From Octopus sinensis (lineage: Eukaryota), in NCBI RefSeq assembly GCF_006345805.1, contig NC_042998.1:153574001-153638000 (forward strand): 64,000 nt of DNA, read 5' to 3'. Of the stretch, positions 1 through 12,340 are shown piece by piece (position 1 is the first letter of the stretch; each line of letters begins with the position of its first letter). Position numbers and translations under genes: made by a program. Under the pieces are notes generated by a model, which saw only the letters and a program-made list of their open reading frames with translations, was not told the origin of the DNA and searched no databases.

Positions 1-2727
1 TCATTTGGCTTGGTGAGTTTTCTACTCAAGCACAGCATATTGTCAAAGGTCTTGGTCATTTGTCATTGCCTCTGTGAAGCCCAACATTCAAGAGGTGCTT
101 TTTATGTGCCACCAGCATAGGTACCAGTTATGTGACACCGGCATCAGCCATGACTACAATTTCACTTGACTTGAAGGGTCTTCTCAAGCACTGCTTACCA
201 CCAAAGGTCTTGGTCACTAGTTATTGCCTCTGTGAGGCCCAACATTCGAAGATCATGCTTCACCATCTCATCCCATGTCTTTCTGGGTCTACCTCTTCCA
301 CCAGTTCCCTCCATGGTTAGAGATTGGTACTTTTTTACACAACTGTCCTCATCCATATGCATCACATGACCATATCAGCACAGTTGTCTCTTTTGCACAC
401 CACACCTGATGCCTCGTATGCCCAACTTTTCTCTCAAGATGCTTACACTCTGTTGTACATGCATTCTGACATTGCATATACAGTGAAGCATGCTAGCTTC
501 ATTCCTTAAAAGCCTACTCATGTCCTTGGTGGTCACAGCCCATGTTTCACTGTCATGTAGCATAGCTTTTCGCACACATGAATCATACAGTCTGCCTTTC
601 ACTTTGAGTAGGAGGCCCATTGTTGCCAACAGAGGTAGGAGCTCTCTGAACTTTACCCAGGCTATTCTTATTCTCACAGCTACACTCTTGGAGCATGCTA
701 CTGACTTGGTTACCTAGATAATGGAAGCTATCAACTACCTCTAGCTTACCCCACTGATATTGTCTCTGTTTGCTTTCCTTCTTTCTTTCTATTTTCCCTT
801 GGCATCTGTTTCCAGGTTATCCTTATGGTGGCACCTTTAATATTAAATTAAAGATGGAGTCTGTTTTCTTAACATTTTTGGTATTTATTGTACCTGTGCA
901 CTTTCCACACAAAAATTATTTTCCCAGTTAACCTTACTCTCATATTGCTGCACCTCTTATGTGTCCATGGCTTTCGCTTCTCATCTAGACTAATTCTCCT
1001 TAATTAGTTGGGGTATGATCCTCTCAGTAACTTTCATCACCTGATCCAACAATTTGATACCTCTGTAATTATTTCTATCTAAGGCATTACCTTTACCTTT
1101 GTGGCTGTTGACTATCGTGCTACTACACCAGTTATTGGATATGACTCCTCCATGGACCACCTGCTTAACTATATGGGTGACTAGACCATAACCCACACCA
1201 CCAGATAAAAGCATCTCAGCAGTTATTCCTGATGGGCTAGGGGCTTTCTTCATCTTCATATCATTTATGGCTTTGTCAACAATGCTACTGTCTATTCGGA
1301 TTGCTGGTCCCTCTGTTGGACCAACTTTAGGCAGACTCTCCTTCTCCCATGAGTTTTCTATGTAGTGGCACTTCCAAGCAAAGTTTGCAAAGTTACTAAC
1401 TGCAAGTGAACCATCATCCATCCAAACACACTTCTCTACCACATTACAATTTTCTCTGGCACACTGTCTTGCAAACCGAAATACTTGAAGCCACTGGTTC
1501 TCATGCTGCATAACATTGGCAAACTTCTTCCTTTCTGCTTCACCCCTGCCTAAGTACATCTGCTTCCTAGCTTCCCTTCTAGCTGCCTGATATAGCTCCT
1601 TGCTACCACCACCCTTCCAGTCCTTCCAAGCCTGTTTCTTTGCTTTCCTAGCCCTGTCAACTACATTGTTCCACCACCATGTCACCCTAGGTCTGGTTGG
1701 GTCTTTGCACCACCCACAAATTTGATCTGTGGCTCTCAGTAAGTTGTCTTGTAGAAACTTCCAGTTATCCTCTGTATTGCAGCTCTGTAACTCCTCCCCC
1801 TTCTCATCTACCTATTGAAAGGATCCTTAAGGTTTCAGATCTTTCTTTTCCAAACTGGCTTACTTCTTGGAATCCTTCATGCCTGCAGTTTGAAGTCATG
1901 AACAAATATCATATGCTGAGGGGTACACTCTTCTCCAGGGAAGGACTTTGCATTTATGAGCAGCCATGAATCCTGCTTTCTGATGAGAATGTAATCGCTC
2001 TGGCTAGTATGGTCACCGTATTTATAAGTTATCAAGTGACTGGCTGGTTTACTGAAGCTGGTATTGCAAATCATTAGGTCATTTGCATCACAGAACTCCA
2101 GCAGCTTTGGTTCCCTTCTCATTTCCAGAGCCAATTCCATGGCCACCATGCACCCACTGGAAGACACTTGGGTGCTACCCAACATGTCCATTGAAATCAC
2201 CAGCCATGAAGATAAGGTCACTGTCGCTTGTCTTTGATGTAGCCTATAGAAGTGTGTCATAAAAGCAGTCCTTTTGTTCATTTGGTGGGCCTGCTTGTGG
2301 AGCATAGGCAGAGATGATTGTTGCTGTGCTATTCTGCAAAACTTGTCTGAGCTTAAGTACCTTATCACATACTATGACTACCTCAATCACCTTACTTACC
2401 CATTTCTCTACTAGAAGTATATCAAATGCCTCCTCCCTATTACAGTTGCCCTCCCAGAAGAGTTTATACCTATGTCTTTTGCCTGTGAGGAACCTGGTTG
2501 AAGCTCCTCTCCACCGAACTTCTTGGTTGTAATGAGCATTGACCAACAGACATATAGCAGTTGTCCTTGCATTATTCCACACATCAATACATCTCCTTTC
2601 AAGCATCTCAGCAATCTTACCAGACCCACTTTTCAATGTGCCTACATTGACTGTGCCAACTCTGAGGGAATGTAAAGGGAGGCACAAGGTAACATGTAGA
2701 GGGGAAACTGTGGCTTTCAACATCTGA
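1..2727 (-). mobile_element. RTE-clade LINE, degenerate, RT core deleted
   Basis: The APE endonuclease is in ORFs 2244-2795 (GTVNVGTLK, QEVRWRG) and 1877-2368 (DYIL). The linker is ORF 990-1685 and the C-terminal domain is ORF 375-677. The sequence jumps from GIKLLDQVMK to the PHD remnant with no YADD. The 3' end segment is duplicated at 1-90. Confidence 0.9.
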
Positions 2728-3424
2728 AAAGAAGGCTGTAATGAGCATTGGCCAACAAACATCTCATAGCAGTTGTCCTCACATTCCACCATCAATTATG
2801 CTACCCTTGCCATCTCCTCTGGACATAAGTCTTATACAAGCATTAGTATAAGCAATGTTAGTACAGGTATAAGTGAAGACATATATAGTCTAATTAGTTA
2901 ATTATTGTTACCTCTATTTGTGGTGGTTGCCATATATACTAGTTTTAGTACAGAACAATGTTAGTACAAATACAGGTAAGTTAGGTAAATGGATAGGATA
3001 GGGGTAAATATTTCATTACATGTAAGCAATAAGTGCTACATAGTCACGCTTGTATTGCTGCAATATGGATGGGGTTGAGTGGGTAAAGAAGTGTGTTTGT
3101 ATTGCAGCAATATGGATGCAACTAACAGTGGGGCAGGGGTTGAGAGGTTGCCGTGAGATATTCGTGATACAAGAGAGAAGTATCCAGTATGAGAGAGGTT
3201 TTCCAGTATTGGTGGTGGATGAGGATGGGCACAAAGCTGATAAGGAAACATAGGCGAGAGAAGGGACAAGCAATAAATTACAATTGAATTAAACTGACTT
3301 AAGGTTAAAGTTAGATTAAATTAAATTAAGCTGAGACAGATTAGTTAGTATCATCAGGGTAGGATAGAATGCTGTGTGGAATTAAGCGAGGAAGCAAGAA
3401 GCAAACTTATTTGCACATATTATT

Positions 3425-4298
3425 AAGGCAATGAACTGGCAGAACTGATAGCACACTAAGCAAAATGCTTAGTGGCATTTCGTCTGTCTTTATGTTCTGG
3501 GTTCAAAATCCCACCGAGGTCAACTTTGCTTTTCATCCTTTTGGGGGTCAATAAAATTAGTACCAGTCATGCACTGGAGTTGCTGTAATCTACTTAATCC
3601 CTTCCCCCAAATTTGAGGCCTTGTCCTTCCAGTAAAAAGGATTATTATTATTAAGGCAATGAGCTGGTACAACTGTTAGCACGCTTAATGGCATTTTGTC
3701 TGTCTTTACATTCTGAGTTCAAAATTCCAAGGTCAACTTTGCCTTTCATTCTCTTGAGATCAATAAATTAAGTACCAGTTAAGTACTGGGGTCAATGTAA
3801 TCAACTATCTCCTCCCCCAAATTTGAGGCCTTGTGCCTATAGTAGAAAGAATTATTATTATGGCTACAAGCTAGTAGAATTGTTAATATGCTGGGCAAAC
3901 TGTGTTCTGAGTTCAAATTCCGCCAAGGTTGATTTTGCCTTTCATCCATTTGGAGTTGATAAATTAAGTACCAACGTTTCCCTGGGGTTGACATGATTGA
4001 CTAGTCCCCTCCCCCAAAATTTCAAGTCTTGTGCCTTCAGTAGAAAGGATTATTATTATTATTATTATTAATGCAGAGAACTGGCAGAATCGTTAGCATG
4101 CTGGGCAAAATGCTTAGCAGCATTTCATCTGTCCTTATGTTCTGTGTTCAAATTCCGCCAAGATCAACTTTGCCTTTCGTCCTTTCGGGGTCAATAAATT
4201 AAGTACCTGTGAAACACTGAAGTCAATGTAATCGACTCTTCCCTTTCTCCCAAATTTCTGGCCTTGTGCCTATATTAGAAAGGATTATTATTATTATT
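3425..4298 (+). mobile_element. Four head-to-tail copies of tRNA-derived SINE family A
   Basis: Units of ~210-230 bp start at about 3425, 3653, 3861 and 4070. Each has an A-box-like (tggcagaa..g) and a B-box-like (gagttcaaattcc) motif, a shared core (caactttgcctttcatcc...aaattaagtaccag) and an (ATT)n tail. Confidence 0.88.
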
Positions 4299-5013
4299 GT
4301 TCTATGTTTGACTTTCGCTTTACATTTGCACAAGCTGGCTCCAAGTCTCACCCAGAGACCTCAAGAGACAAGTTGGAAGTTCATGTTGGTGTTATGCCTA
4401 GGGTGCCATATATTTGGTTTTGTACTTAGTGTTGTACTAGTGAATGTCTAAAGAACCATACGAAAATTGTTTGTTTTAAAACTTGAGATTACATAGAAAG
4501 TATTTTGTGTAGGATATGAGCAGTTCCCATGAGCACTATCTTTTGAATTTCTGCCATTTTGGGGTTTCCTGGTATCTGAGTTAGGTAGCAATCAGCCCCT
4601 TTTGCTATCATTCCCAGGGCACCTATGACAACAGATATTGTTTTAGTCTTCAGGTTCCACATTTTGCTGATTTCTATTTTAAGATCTTTATATTTGCTCA
4701 GTTTCTGGTAGGTCTTGACAGATACGTTTATATCGATTGGGACAGTCATATCAATGAGGAGGCATGTTTTTTGTCTGAAGTCTTTCAATATGATGCTTGG
4801 CCTATTTGCATCTATCTTTCTGTCAGTTTGAATGGTGAAGTTCCAGAGGAGTGAGATGTGGTCATTTTCAAGCACTGGAGGTGGGTTGTGTTCCCACCAG
4901 TTTTTATCATGGGGCAAGTCCAGGCTTTTGCAAATTACCGTGCTGCTCTATCATGCCTGTTGAGATACTCTGTAGGTGCAAGAAGACTGCACTTGGAGAC
5001 AGCACTGCACTGC
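4299..5013 (-). mobile_element. 5'-truncated R4/Dong-like non-LTR retrotransposon (restriction-like endonuclease domain)
   Basis: It has a C..LAPTEYLNRHD segment followed by ORF 4489-4917 with NRP(S/D)II...LLIDMTVP...KLSKY...VVIGALG. A 3' UTR ends in (AAT)n, and the element is flanked by (TTA)n on both sides. Confidence 0.85.
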
Positions 5014-5050
<37 letters not shown>

Positions 5051-5374
5051 GAGTGAGAAAGCAGTGCATACTATCAAAGTGACACTGAGGTAAAATATAC
5101 AAAGCCCAGTATACCCGTCTGATAAGGGTACACCAGGCACATGCATCACAACCATATGTGCACGACATGGTGATCTCATATCAAGATAAACAGTGCATGA
5201 CCTTGCAGGTGGGGCCCAGCTAGATTTTTCTTCAGATCGAGTAGCCCATCCCACTCAAAAGTTCCTTGAATAAGGATCATTTAAGGATGTTGACTGAAAC
5301 ACCCATGTTTCCAGAAACCTGAAAGAATTCCTCTCAACACATAGCTATGATACTTGTTGTTTATTATTATTATT
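5051..5374. repeat. Unclassified ~310-bp element bounded by (TAT)n tracts
   Basis: It is a GC-richer island between (TAT)12 at 5014-5050 and (TAT)n at ~5362-5374. No protein similarity was recognised. Confidence 0.4.
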
Positions 5375-5639
5375 ACAGTTCATCATCACCCTCAATATAA
5401 TAAACAAGAGTAGGAATTTTATTGGAGTGAGATAGTTTCACCTAGTTGTTCATGGTGGCAGTGGTTGTGTTTTTTTTTCAGGCATAGGGAAGGCTTTCTC
5501 TTGGTAGCTTTATGAAATTCCATTTAGGTTTTTATATTTAATTTTTGATAATCATCACTTGCATGAAATTAAATTGGGAAGTTGATGTGTAGTTGGAAAC
5601 CACATCAGTGTTTGAGCTGTCAAGAAAACCAAACCTCCT

Positions 5640-5878
5640 TCAAATTACATCTTACATTGTGAAAGTGCCACCTGAATTTTTTTTAAGAGAAGATTCAAGA
5701 GTCAGGTTCAACAATACTACAAATGCATTACTTGTGCCAGAGTCTATGTTGAGAAGTACTTTTGTATAGAAGGAGAGTTACTCTACCAACATATGCAGTT
5801 TGAATGTCATCTAATAAAAAAGTTATTCCCACTTCTGCATTACTTTCACTATAACCAGTATGTATTGATTGTATATCT
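5640..5878 (+). mobile_element. mariner 3' fragment
   Basis: It encodes a YKCI...YVEK-type transposase C-terminus and is similar to the 3' end of the mariner at 41400-41587. Confidence 0.6.
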
Positions 5879-5892
5879 GTATGTATAAATGG

Positions 5893-6218
5893 GTGTGGGT
5901 GTGTGGTAAGAAGTTTGTTTCCCAACCACACGGTTCCAGGTTCAGTCCCACTCTGTGTCTTCTGCTATAGCCTTGTGAGTGGATTTAATAGATGGAAACT
6001 GAAAGAAGCCCTTCATATGTGTGTCTGTCTGTTTCCCACCACCGCTTGACAACTGGTGTTGGTGTGTTTATGTCCTCATAACTTAGTGGTTCAGCAAAAG
6101 AGACTGATAGAAAAGTACCAGTCTAAAAAGTAAACAAAAGTACTGGGATCAATTTGTTTGATTCAAATTCTTGAAGGCAGTGCCATAATCTAATGACTGA
6201 AACAAATGAGATAAAAGA
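5893..6218 (+). mobile_element. tRNA-derived SINE family B
   Basis: It has the head tgg.tgtgtggtaag...ggttcagtccc, an internal TG tract and the tail tgactgaaacaa.t.aaaga. It is homologous to 13759-14108 and 31351-31726. Confidence 0.8.
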
Positions 6219-6400
6219 TGTACATGACAGATAGACAGACAGATAGATACACACACATACAAACACACTCTTGACATGTGATTTGATCTAAATTTGACAA
6301 TTATTAAACTAACCTATCTATTATGCTAAAATCAAATAATGAAGAAGGGAATTATTAATAACTAACAGAAAACTTCCCAGAGGATGGTATTTTGCTGGTA

Positions 6401-6590
6401 ATAATAATAATCCTTTCTGTTAGAGGCACAAACCTTGAAATTTTAGGGGAGGGTGCTAGTCGATTACGTTGACTGCAGTACTCAACTGGTACCTATTTTA
6501 TCTACCACAAAAGGCAGTCTTAACTAGGCAGAACTTGAACCCAGAACATAAAGAACCAGAAGAAATGCCACTAAGCATTTTTTCAAGCAT
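6401..6590 (-). mobile_element. SINE family A, partial
   Basis: It is the reverse complement of the family A core and (ATT)n tail. Confidence 0.7.
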
Positions 6591-6679
6591 CAATTTGTGA
6601 CGATAAATATCCAACAGAGTGTAAAGCACATGCTAACCTGTTAATATAGTGGCATGCAGAATTATAATGTGGTGCTTAT

Positions 6680-7566
6680 ACGTAGGACATTATCAAACAC
6701 GACTCTTCAGATACATGTGATTTTCTTCACTTTGTTTCACATGTTTACACTTTCATCACTTTCAAAGTATTCTCCACTTGAAGCAATGCATCAGTCCAGG
6801 CACATTTTCCACTATTTGAAGCAGTGCTGGAACTCTTGCAAAGTGACGCCTTTTAATGCCTCTGTTGTTTTTTCTTCACCTCTTCCACATCTTCAAATTC
6901 CGTAGCACCAGCTTTCATCATCAGTGATGACCTTTGAAAGAAAGGTTCAGATCAACTTCCAACTGTTCTTTCAGTTCATGACATGCATTCAGTTGTGACT
7001 GCTTTTGATCTTCTGTGAGCAAGCAAGGAACAAATTTTGAGGCAACTCTTTTCATTTGCAATTCCTCACTCAAAATTTGTTGGCAGGAACTCCAGAACAC
7101 ACCAGTCATATCAGCGAGTTTGTCAATTGTTTTGTGATGGTCCTCCATGATCAGTTCATGAATTATCATTATGTTTTGATTCATTTGGGAGGTTGACAGT
7201 TGTCCTGAACAAGGTTGGTCTTCAAATGACAAGAGACCATCACTAAAGCATGGAAACCACTTGTAAACTTGTGTTTTGCTCATGGCAGTATCCTTGTAAG
7301 CTCTTTGAAGCATGACAACTGTTTCAGCCATTGTTTTCCCCAGCAGAAAATGGAATTTCACGGAAGCATGCTGTTCCTTTGTTTTAGCCATTGCAAAAAT
7401 TAACAAATGGGAGAAGTACTGCAAAACAAAGATGCACCACATGGCAGTATGACTGTCAGCAGATAGATGCCGGAGGGTTGCATCAAGTGGCTTCTAGTGG
7501 TGGAAGCCTGAACTACAATGGGTTTGTCCTATAGCTAACCTAGTTACTTCTGTATACCCCCTTGTA
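6680..7566 (-). mobile_element. mariner internal-deletion derivative (copy 1)
   Basis: ORF 6921-7442 encodes the N-terminal HTH and a KFVPCLLT motif. After ITDDESWCYG it jumps to the C-terminus. The right TIR remnant is ...ataccccCTTGTA, and the left end is uncertain. Confidence 0.85.
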
Positions 7567-7669
7567 TATGTATGTGTGTGTGTTGAAAAAAACCAGTTTA
7601 TTTCTTCATATCTAAAGGCTTCATGCATTTGACATTAGTTGACTGTGCGCATTGATAGCCTGAAGTAAT

Positions 7670-8650
7670 AATCATCATCAGTGTTTAACATCCACCTTCC
7701 ATGCATACACATGGATAAGATGGTTGACAGGAGCTGGCCAGGTAGAAGACTACGCCAGGTTACTGTATCTGTTTTGGCAGGGTTTTTACAGCTGGATGCC
7801 CTTGTTAACACCAACCACTCTGAAGAGTGGTCTCAGTGCTTTTTACATGGCACTAGCACAAATGAGATTAGTTTGGGCATGATTTTTATCGGTGGATGCC
7901 CTTCCAAATGCCAACCACTTTATAATGTGGACTGGATGCTTTTTATGTGGCACCAGCATCCACAGGGTCACCAAGTAACTTGCAAAACAAGGAATTTTGA
8001 GAGAGGTGGGGGCATTGGAGGAGGGGAGCTTGTGTCAGATGATGAAAGGTTAGAGTGTGACAAAGAAATAGAGAGGCAGAAACAGGTGTCTTGCTACAGA
8101 AGAGGTACATAGTTACCTAGTGAGTGATGTAGGGAGAGAGATGTATAAGAAAGAGGATAGAAACAGATGTGCTTATGTAAAGGAAATATTTAGTTACGTA
8201 GCCAGGGGGAAAAGCAAGAGGAGTGAGAGAGTGGTCAAGAATGAAGGCAGAAACAGGTGTGGTGCTGTAGAGGGAAGAGCAAGGGAAAAAGAGAGAGAGT
8301 GGGAAACAGCAAAAGTGCAAGAGAGATGGTTGTGAAGTGCCAGGATATGCTCACAAGTAACAAGGATCAGAGCATAGATGTGATGGTAGAGTAAGGAGGA
8401 GAGAGATGAATGGTAGCAATTACCAGGGCATACCCTCAAAATACAGAGGCCATAATATACGCACTCAAGTATTGCCAAGAAGGTGCAAGTAGGAAGTGGG
8501 GATTGCAATGATTGGTGAAAACCTAGGTGTAAGGATGGAATGGGAGACAATCATAGTTTATGAAGAGGAAATGTGAGGAAGAGAAAGATGCAGTTCAAAA
8601 AAGGAGTAGTTTGGTTTCTTGGGGTCAGGTGTGTGAAAAGTTTGTTACAT
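7670..8650 (-). mobile_element. Non-autonomous element with an RTE-type 3' tail and a pyrimidine-rich body
   Basis: The (CAT)n + tttaacatcc..ccatgc...ctggatgccctt..aacaccaaccact tail matches the RTE 3' ends in this window. Similar architecture is seen at 14120-14740 and 49520-50195. Confidence 0.6.
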
Positions 8651-8699
8651 TTAGGTGGGACACAATGCTTTGAGCACTCAATCTCACTGACATCGGTAG

Positions 8700-9260
8700 G
8701 TCTCCTCTAGAACCTCATATCGCCAAACATTTCAGTCCACTGTCACTTCCTCCATGAGCCCTAACATCCTGAGATTGGTCCTCACCACTTCTTCCCACGT
8801 CTTCCTGGATCTTCCTCTTCCACAGGTACCATCCACTTTCAGTGACAAGCACTTCTGTATACTGCTGTCTTTACTCATACGCATCACATGTCCAGACCAA
8901 AGCAGTCTTCTCTTCTGTATGCCACATTTAATCTCTCTTATGCCTAACTTTTCTCTCAACACAGTTGAGCTTTGTTCTTCATGCACACTGATGTTGCAAA
9001 TCCAATGGAGCGTACAGCCTTCATTCCTCTCCAGTCTACACATGTCCTCCACTTTTAGAGCTGATGTCTCACTACTATGGAGTATAGCCATTTGTACACA
9101 AGCATCATTTAATCTACTTTTCACTCTAAGAGAGAGTCTTTTGTTGCCAGTAGAGGTACTAACTCTTTGAACTTCCTCCATCCTATTCTTATTCTAGAAA
9201 CAATACTTTCAGAGCATCCACAACTATTACTAATTTGGTCATCTAAGTAGCAGAAACTAC
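8700..9260 (-). mobile_element. RTE LINE 3' coding fragment
   Basis: ORF 8732-9181 contains RLNDACV...GHVMRM...CGRGRSRKTW. Confidence 0.85.
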
Positions 9261-9438
9261 TACCTTAAGAGAGCTCTCTGGGCAATTAAGAAAGTCTATG
9301 TGCTCTTAAACCATTTTTGTTAATCAATCATACACAACCTAATAAAAGTAATATACTACCCTATTAAAGTACATATAAAAAATATTTTAGTTTGGCCATT
9401 AGAACCAAATTTATATTAACTTATTATTTTTCTTTCAG

Positions 9439-9496
9439 GTGAACCTCACATAGATGGAGATCCAGGGGATCTCAAATTTATTATAAAGCAAGCAAA
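9439..9496 (+). CDS. DNAJB11: DnaJ homolog subfamily B member 11 (ERdj3), first coding exon visible in the window
   Basis: Acceptor is tttctttcag|GT and donor is AA|gtaag. It translates (G)EPHIDGDPGDLKFIIKQA(K), which matches the GEPHVDGEPGDLRFRIK segment of vertebrate DNAJB11. The phase-2 end joins exon 33809 in frame. Confidence 0.92.
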
Positions 9497-9848
9497 GTAA
9501 GAGATTATTTCTGATGTCTGTTTCAATCTATATGTTTGTTGTGTAGCTCTGAATGAGCAAATCTTTTGTATGTGGATAGTTAATCATTCCTCCAACTAGT
9601 TGAATACCATGTTGCACATTTTGACATATAGTAATTAATTGTTTTTTATGCAGTCTTGTAGATTGAGTGTGTTATGCATTTAACCCCAAGGTAGCCCTGA
9701 TCAAAGGTGTTCCAGACATGAACAGTCTTGATATATTTATATATATAATTAATCAATATAGGGAGGCAAAAAAATTTTGTAGAATTCTTTTGCCCCCAGC
9801 GGCCTAGTGGGAAAAAAATTAAATAGTCATAAACCATTTTTAAGTTCA

Positions 9849-10084
9849 ATATCACAATCAAGGAACGGCCATAATAGGCCATTCACCCACTAGAAATAAC
9901 AGCCAAAAAGCTTCAACCGCAAAATAACATTAATTCTGTAAACCAGGAGAAAATTAAAAAAAGGTAAATGTTTTTTTAATTTTCTCCTGGTTTACAGAAT
10001 TAATGTTATTTTGCGGTTGAAGCTTTTTGGCTGTTATTTCTAGTGGGTGAATGGCCTATTATGGCCGTTCCTTGATTGTGATAT
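9849..10084. repeat. Perfect inverted repeat with 114-bp arms and an 8-nt spacer
   Basis: 9849-9962 is the exact reverse complement of 9971-10084 when checked by eye. The spacer is ggtaaatg. Both ends are ATAT, and the right end runs into (TA)n. Confidence 0.93.
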
Positions 10085-10106
10085 ATATATATATATATAT
10101 ATATAT

Positions 10107-10947
10107 AACTTGTGTGTATCTGTGTGTTTAACTTCCTGGCACATCTCCTCCTAGCCAACAAATCGTAGAACCACCTAAAATGGGTCACTTAAAGTTTAGG
10201 CGAATGAAAATTGAACTGTGCTATTTCTGTTCCGAAATTCATCTCGCAAGTGCAAAAATCGATAATGTGTTTGTTTAGGCCTTACCTCCATGCATTGAAT
10301 AGTGAACTTTATTCAGTCAGCTGTTTGATGTGAACTGTGTTCACCACACGTGCAAGCATGCGTAAATTGCATGAAAAATAAAAAATCAAGATATAAAAAC
10401 GAATCGCCGTAAACATTGTAGAAATTTGGCAAAGAAATGAATTTTCGGGATGTAGCCTGGAGGGTATTTTCGTATTAATCATTTGGACTTTGTGAACACA
10501 TACCAATTGTTTTCATAATATTTTTAACACTTTGAATTAAATGCGACCATTTTGCGTTGAGTCTGCAGTTTGAATCACTTTAACCAAATTTTAGCAGGCT
10601 GGATTTTTGATCATCACGATACATCGCCAGCGACTCCCTGAAATCCCCGTTGAGAAATACTGATCTAAAAGAATAATTCAACAATGCAATTATTTGATCA
10701 ACAAAAATTTATGAAACGCTTCTACGTACTTCCTATTGAGGAAATGGAAGACATAAGCGCAAAAATAGAGGGCATTAAATGCTTGATTTTAAAACCAAAA
10801 TAATTGAATTTTGATTGAACTTCATCCAAGTTTAGCTTAATTCGTGCGTGCATAGAACGCACGAGCGCACGTACGTACATTGTGTAAAAAGTATTGATTT
10901 TCCTCAGTGCGATTAATAGTCACACAAAGCCGGGCAATATTGCTAGT
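10107..10947 (+). mobile_element. Non-autonomous Helitron-like element (copy 1)
   Basis: The 3' end is gccgggcaatattgCTAG|t. There are no TIRs and it is embedded in (TA)n. A second, inverted copy lies at 53615-54358. Confidence 0.6.
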
Positions 10948-11949
10948 ATATATATATACACAGACACATACATATATAAGAACCCAAAAGAATAGAGAAA
11001 TATACATTCTTTAATCAGCTTATGCACATTTCAGGTAGACTGACAAATACCAAGATTACCTGATGCTGTAATTATGCATTTTAAGCAATCCCATATTTGA
11101 TCGAGTCAGATTCTGCTGATAGAGAAATTCAACACTATTTCATCTTTATCAAAGCTGTACCACACTGCTTGCAACAGAGAATATTTTAAGGGAGATAGTT
11201 GTAAAACTAACAATATTTGACCAGTATAAGGGGTAGAGTGGTGCTTCAGCAAACCAACTTAAGAATAGTATTTATCAGATCATGTCAGCATTCTAATATA
11301 ATACTTAGTTTTTACAGTCCTCTCCCTCATCTTCAAGAATATTTATAGCAAAATTCCTAACCCTTTTGGTCTATTACTGACCAATTCAAATACACAACAG
11401 AGCTATGCAGAACCATATTATTCAGTAGGTCCTAATGGAAATATCATTTGATCAGTACAAATTCTAAATATAAACTATGAGGAGAAGAAAACTTGTGTTA
11501 ATGAGAATTCTAAAGGAAAATAACCAAAATAATTGTTTTCCTTAAAATAATAAATATTAAAAATGAAAATACTTGTAAAAAGATTAAAATAAATTCAGAT
11601 AAAAAATAAAGTTGAAAATATAAATTTTAAAAATTATAATTAAACAACTAATGGAATTTTAAAAAAATTAAAACAATGATAATATCAATAACAACTACAA
11701 TAATAATGATGATGATTTCTTTTATTATATTAATGTCTCTACTAGCTGACCAAGAAAAGCAGATATTAGAGTACATTAATCAATACTACATTTATTTGAG
11801 AAGGTTTTAAAGGTTCTTTTAAGTAAATGTGTGCATCTTAACATAAATTCATTTCTTTTATTTAATATTATAGATTTGGATACAAGGATATACAGTGTCT
11901 CCTCGAGACATAAGTTGCATTTTAGTTTTCCTTGATAATACACTAGTCC

Positions 11950-12340
11950 TTGTACTGAAGGAATTGAATATTATGGATTATCATTGGGTAGATTTCATAT
12001 CCAACCAACGTCTCTACTCAGAAACCGGGACATGTCCTGTCACTTGTATGATTTGGGAGAACCAGTGCAGACTGTTTGGCCATGTTGCTTGATTTTCTGA
12101 GTTAGATGCTGCTTACCATGTTCTCTTCACCAAGGACCCAGCTGGGTTGATGGCTTGTATTGGTTGACAACATGCCATATGGTCATTGAAGATGAGCTGG
12201 TTTCTTGTGGAGACATGGATTGACTGGGACACTGCTTGATGGGTTGACCAGGAGGACCTGGGAATATACCAACAACTGGTGAATGCAGTATCACACTGCA
12301 ATGGTACATATCTCCACACCTGACCTAACCTGATAGAGTA
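11950..12340 (+). mobile_element. Old non-LTR (RTE-like) C-terminal fragment
   Basis: The translation IMDYHWVDFISNQRLYSETG...RLFGHVA resembles the RT-thumb region of RTE-type LINEs. Confidence 0.6.

Noticed and set aside
7815-7832. CTGAAGA within accactCTGAAGAgtggt
   Set aside because: There is no downstream GAAA core. It is part of the RTE-type tail hairpin.
1-9438. Upstream DNAJB11 exons (J domain, Cys-rich region)
   Set aside because: No matching peptide with splice sites was found, so they presumably lie left of the window.
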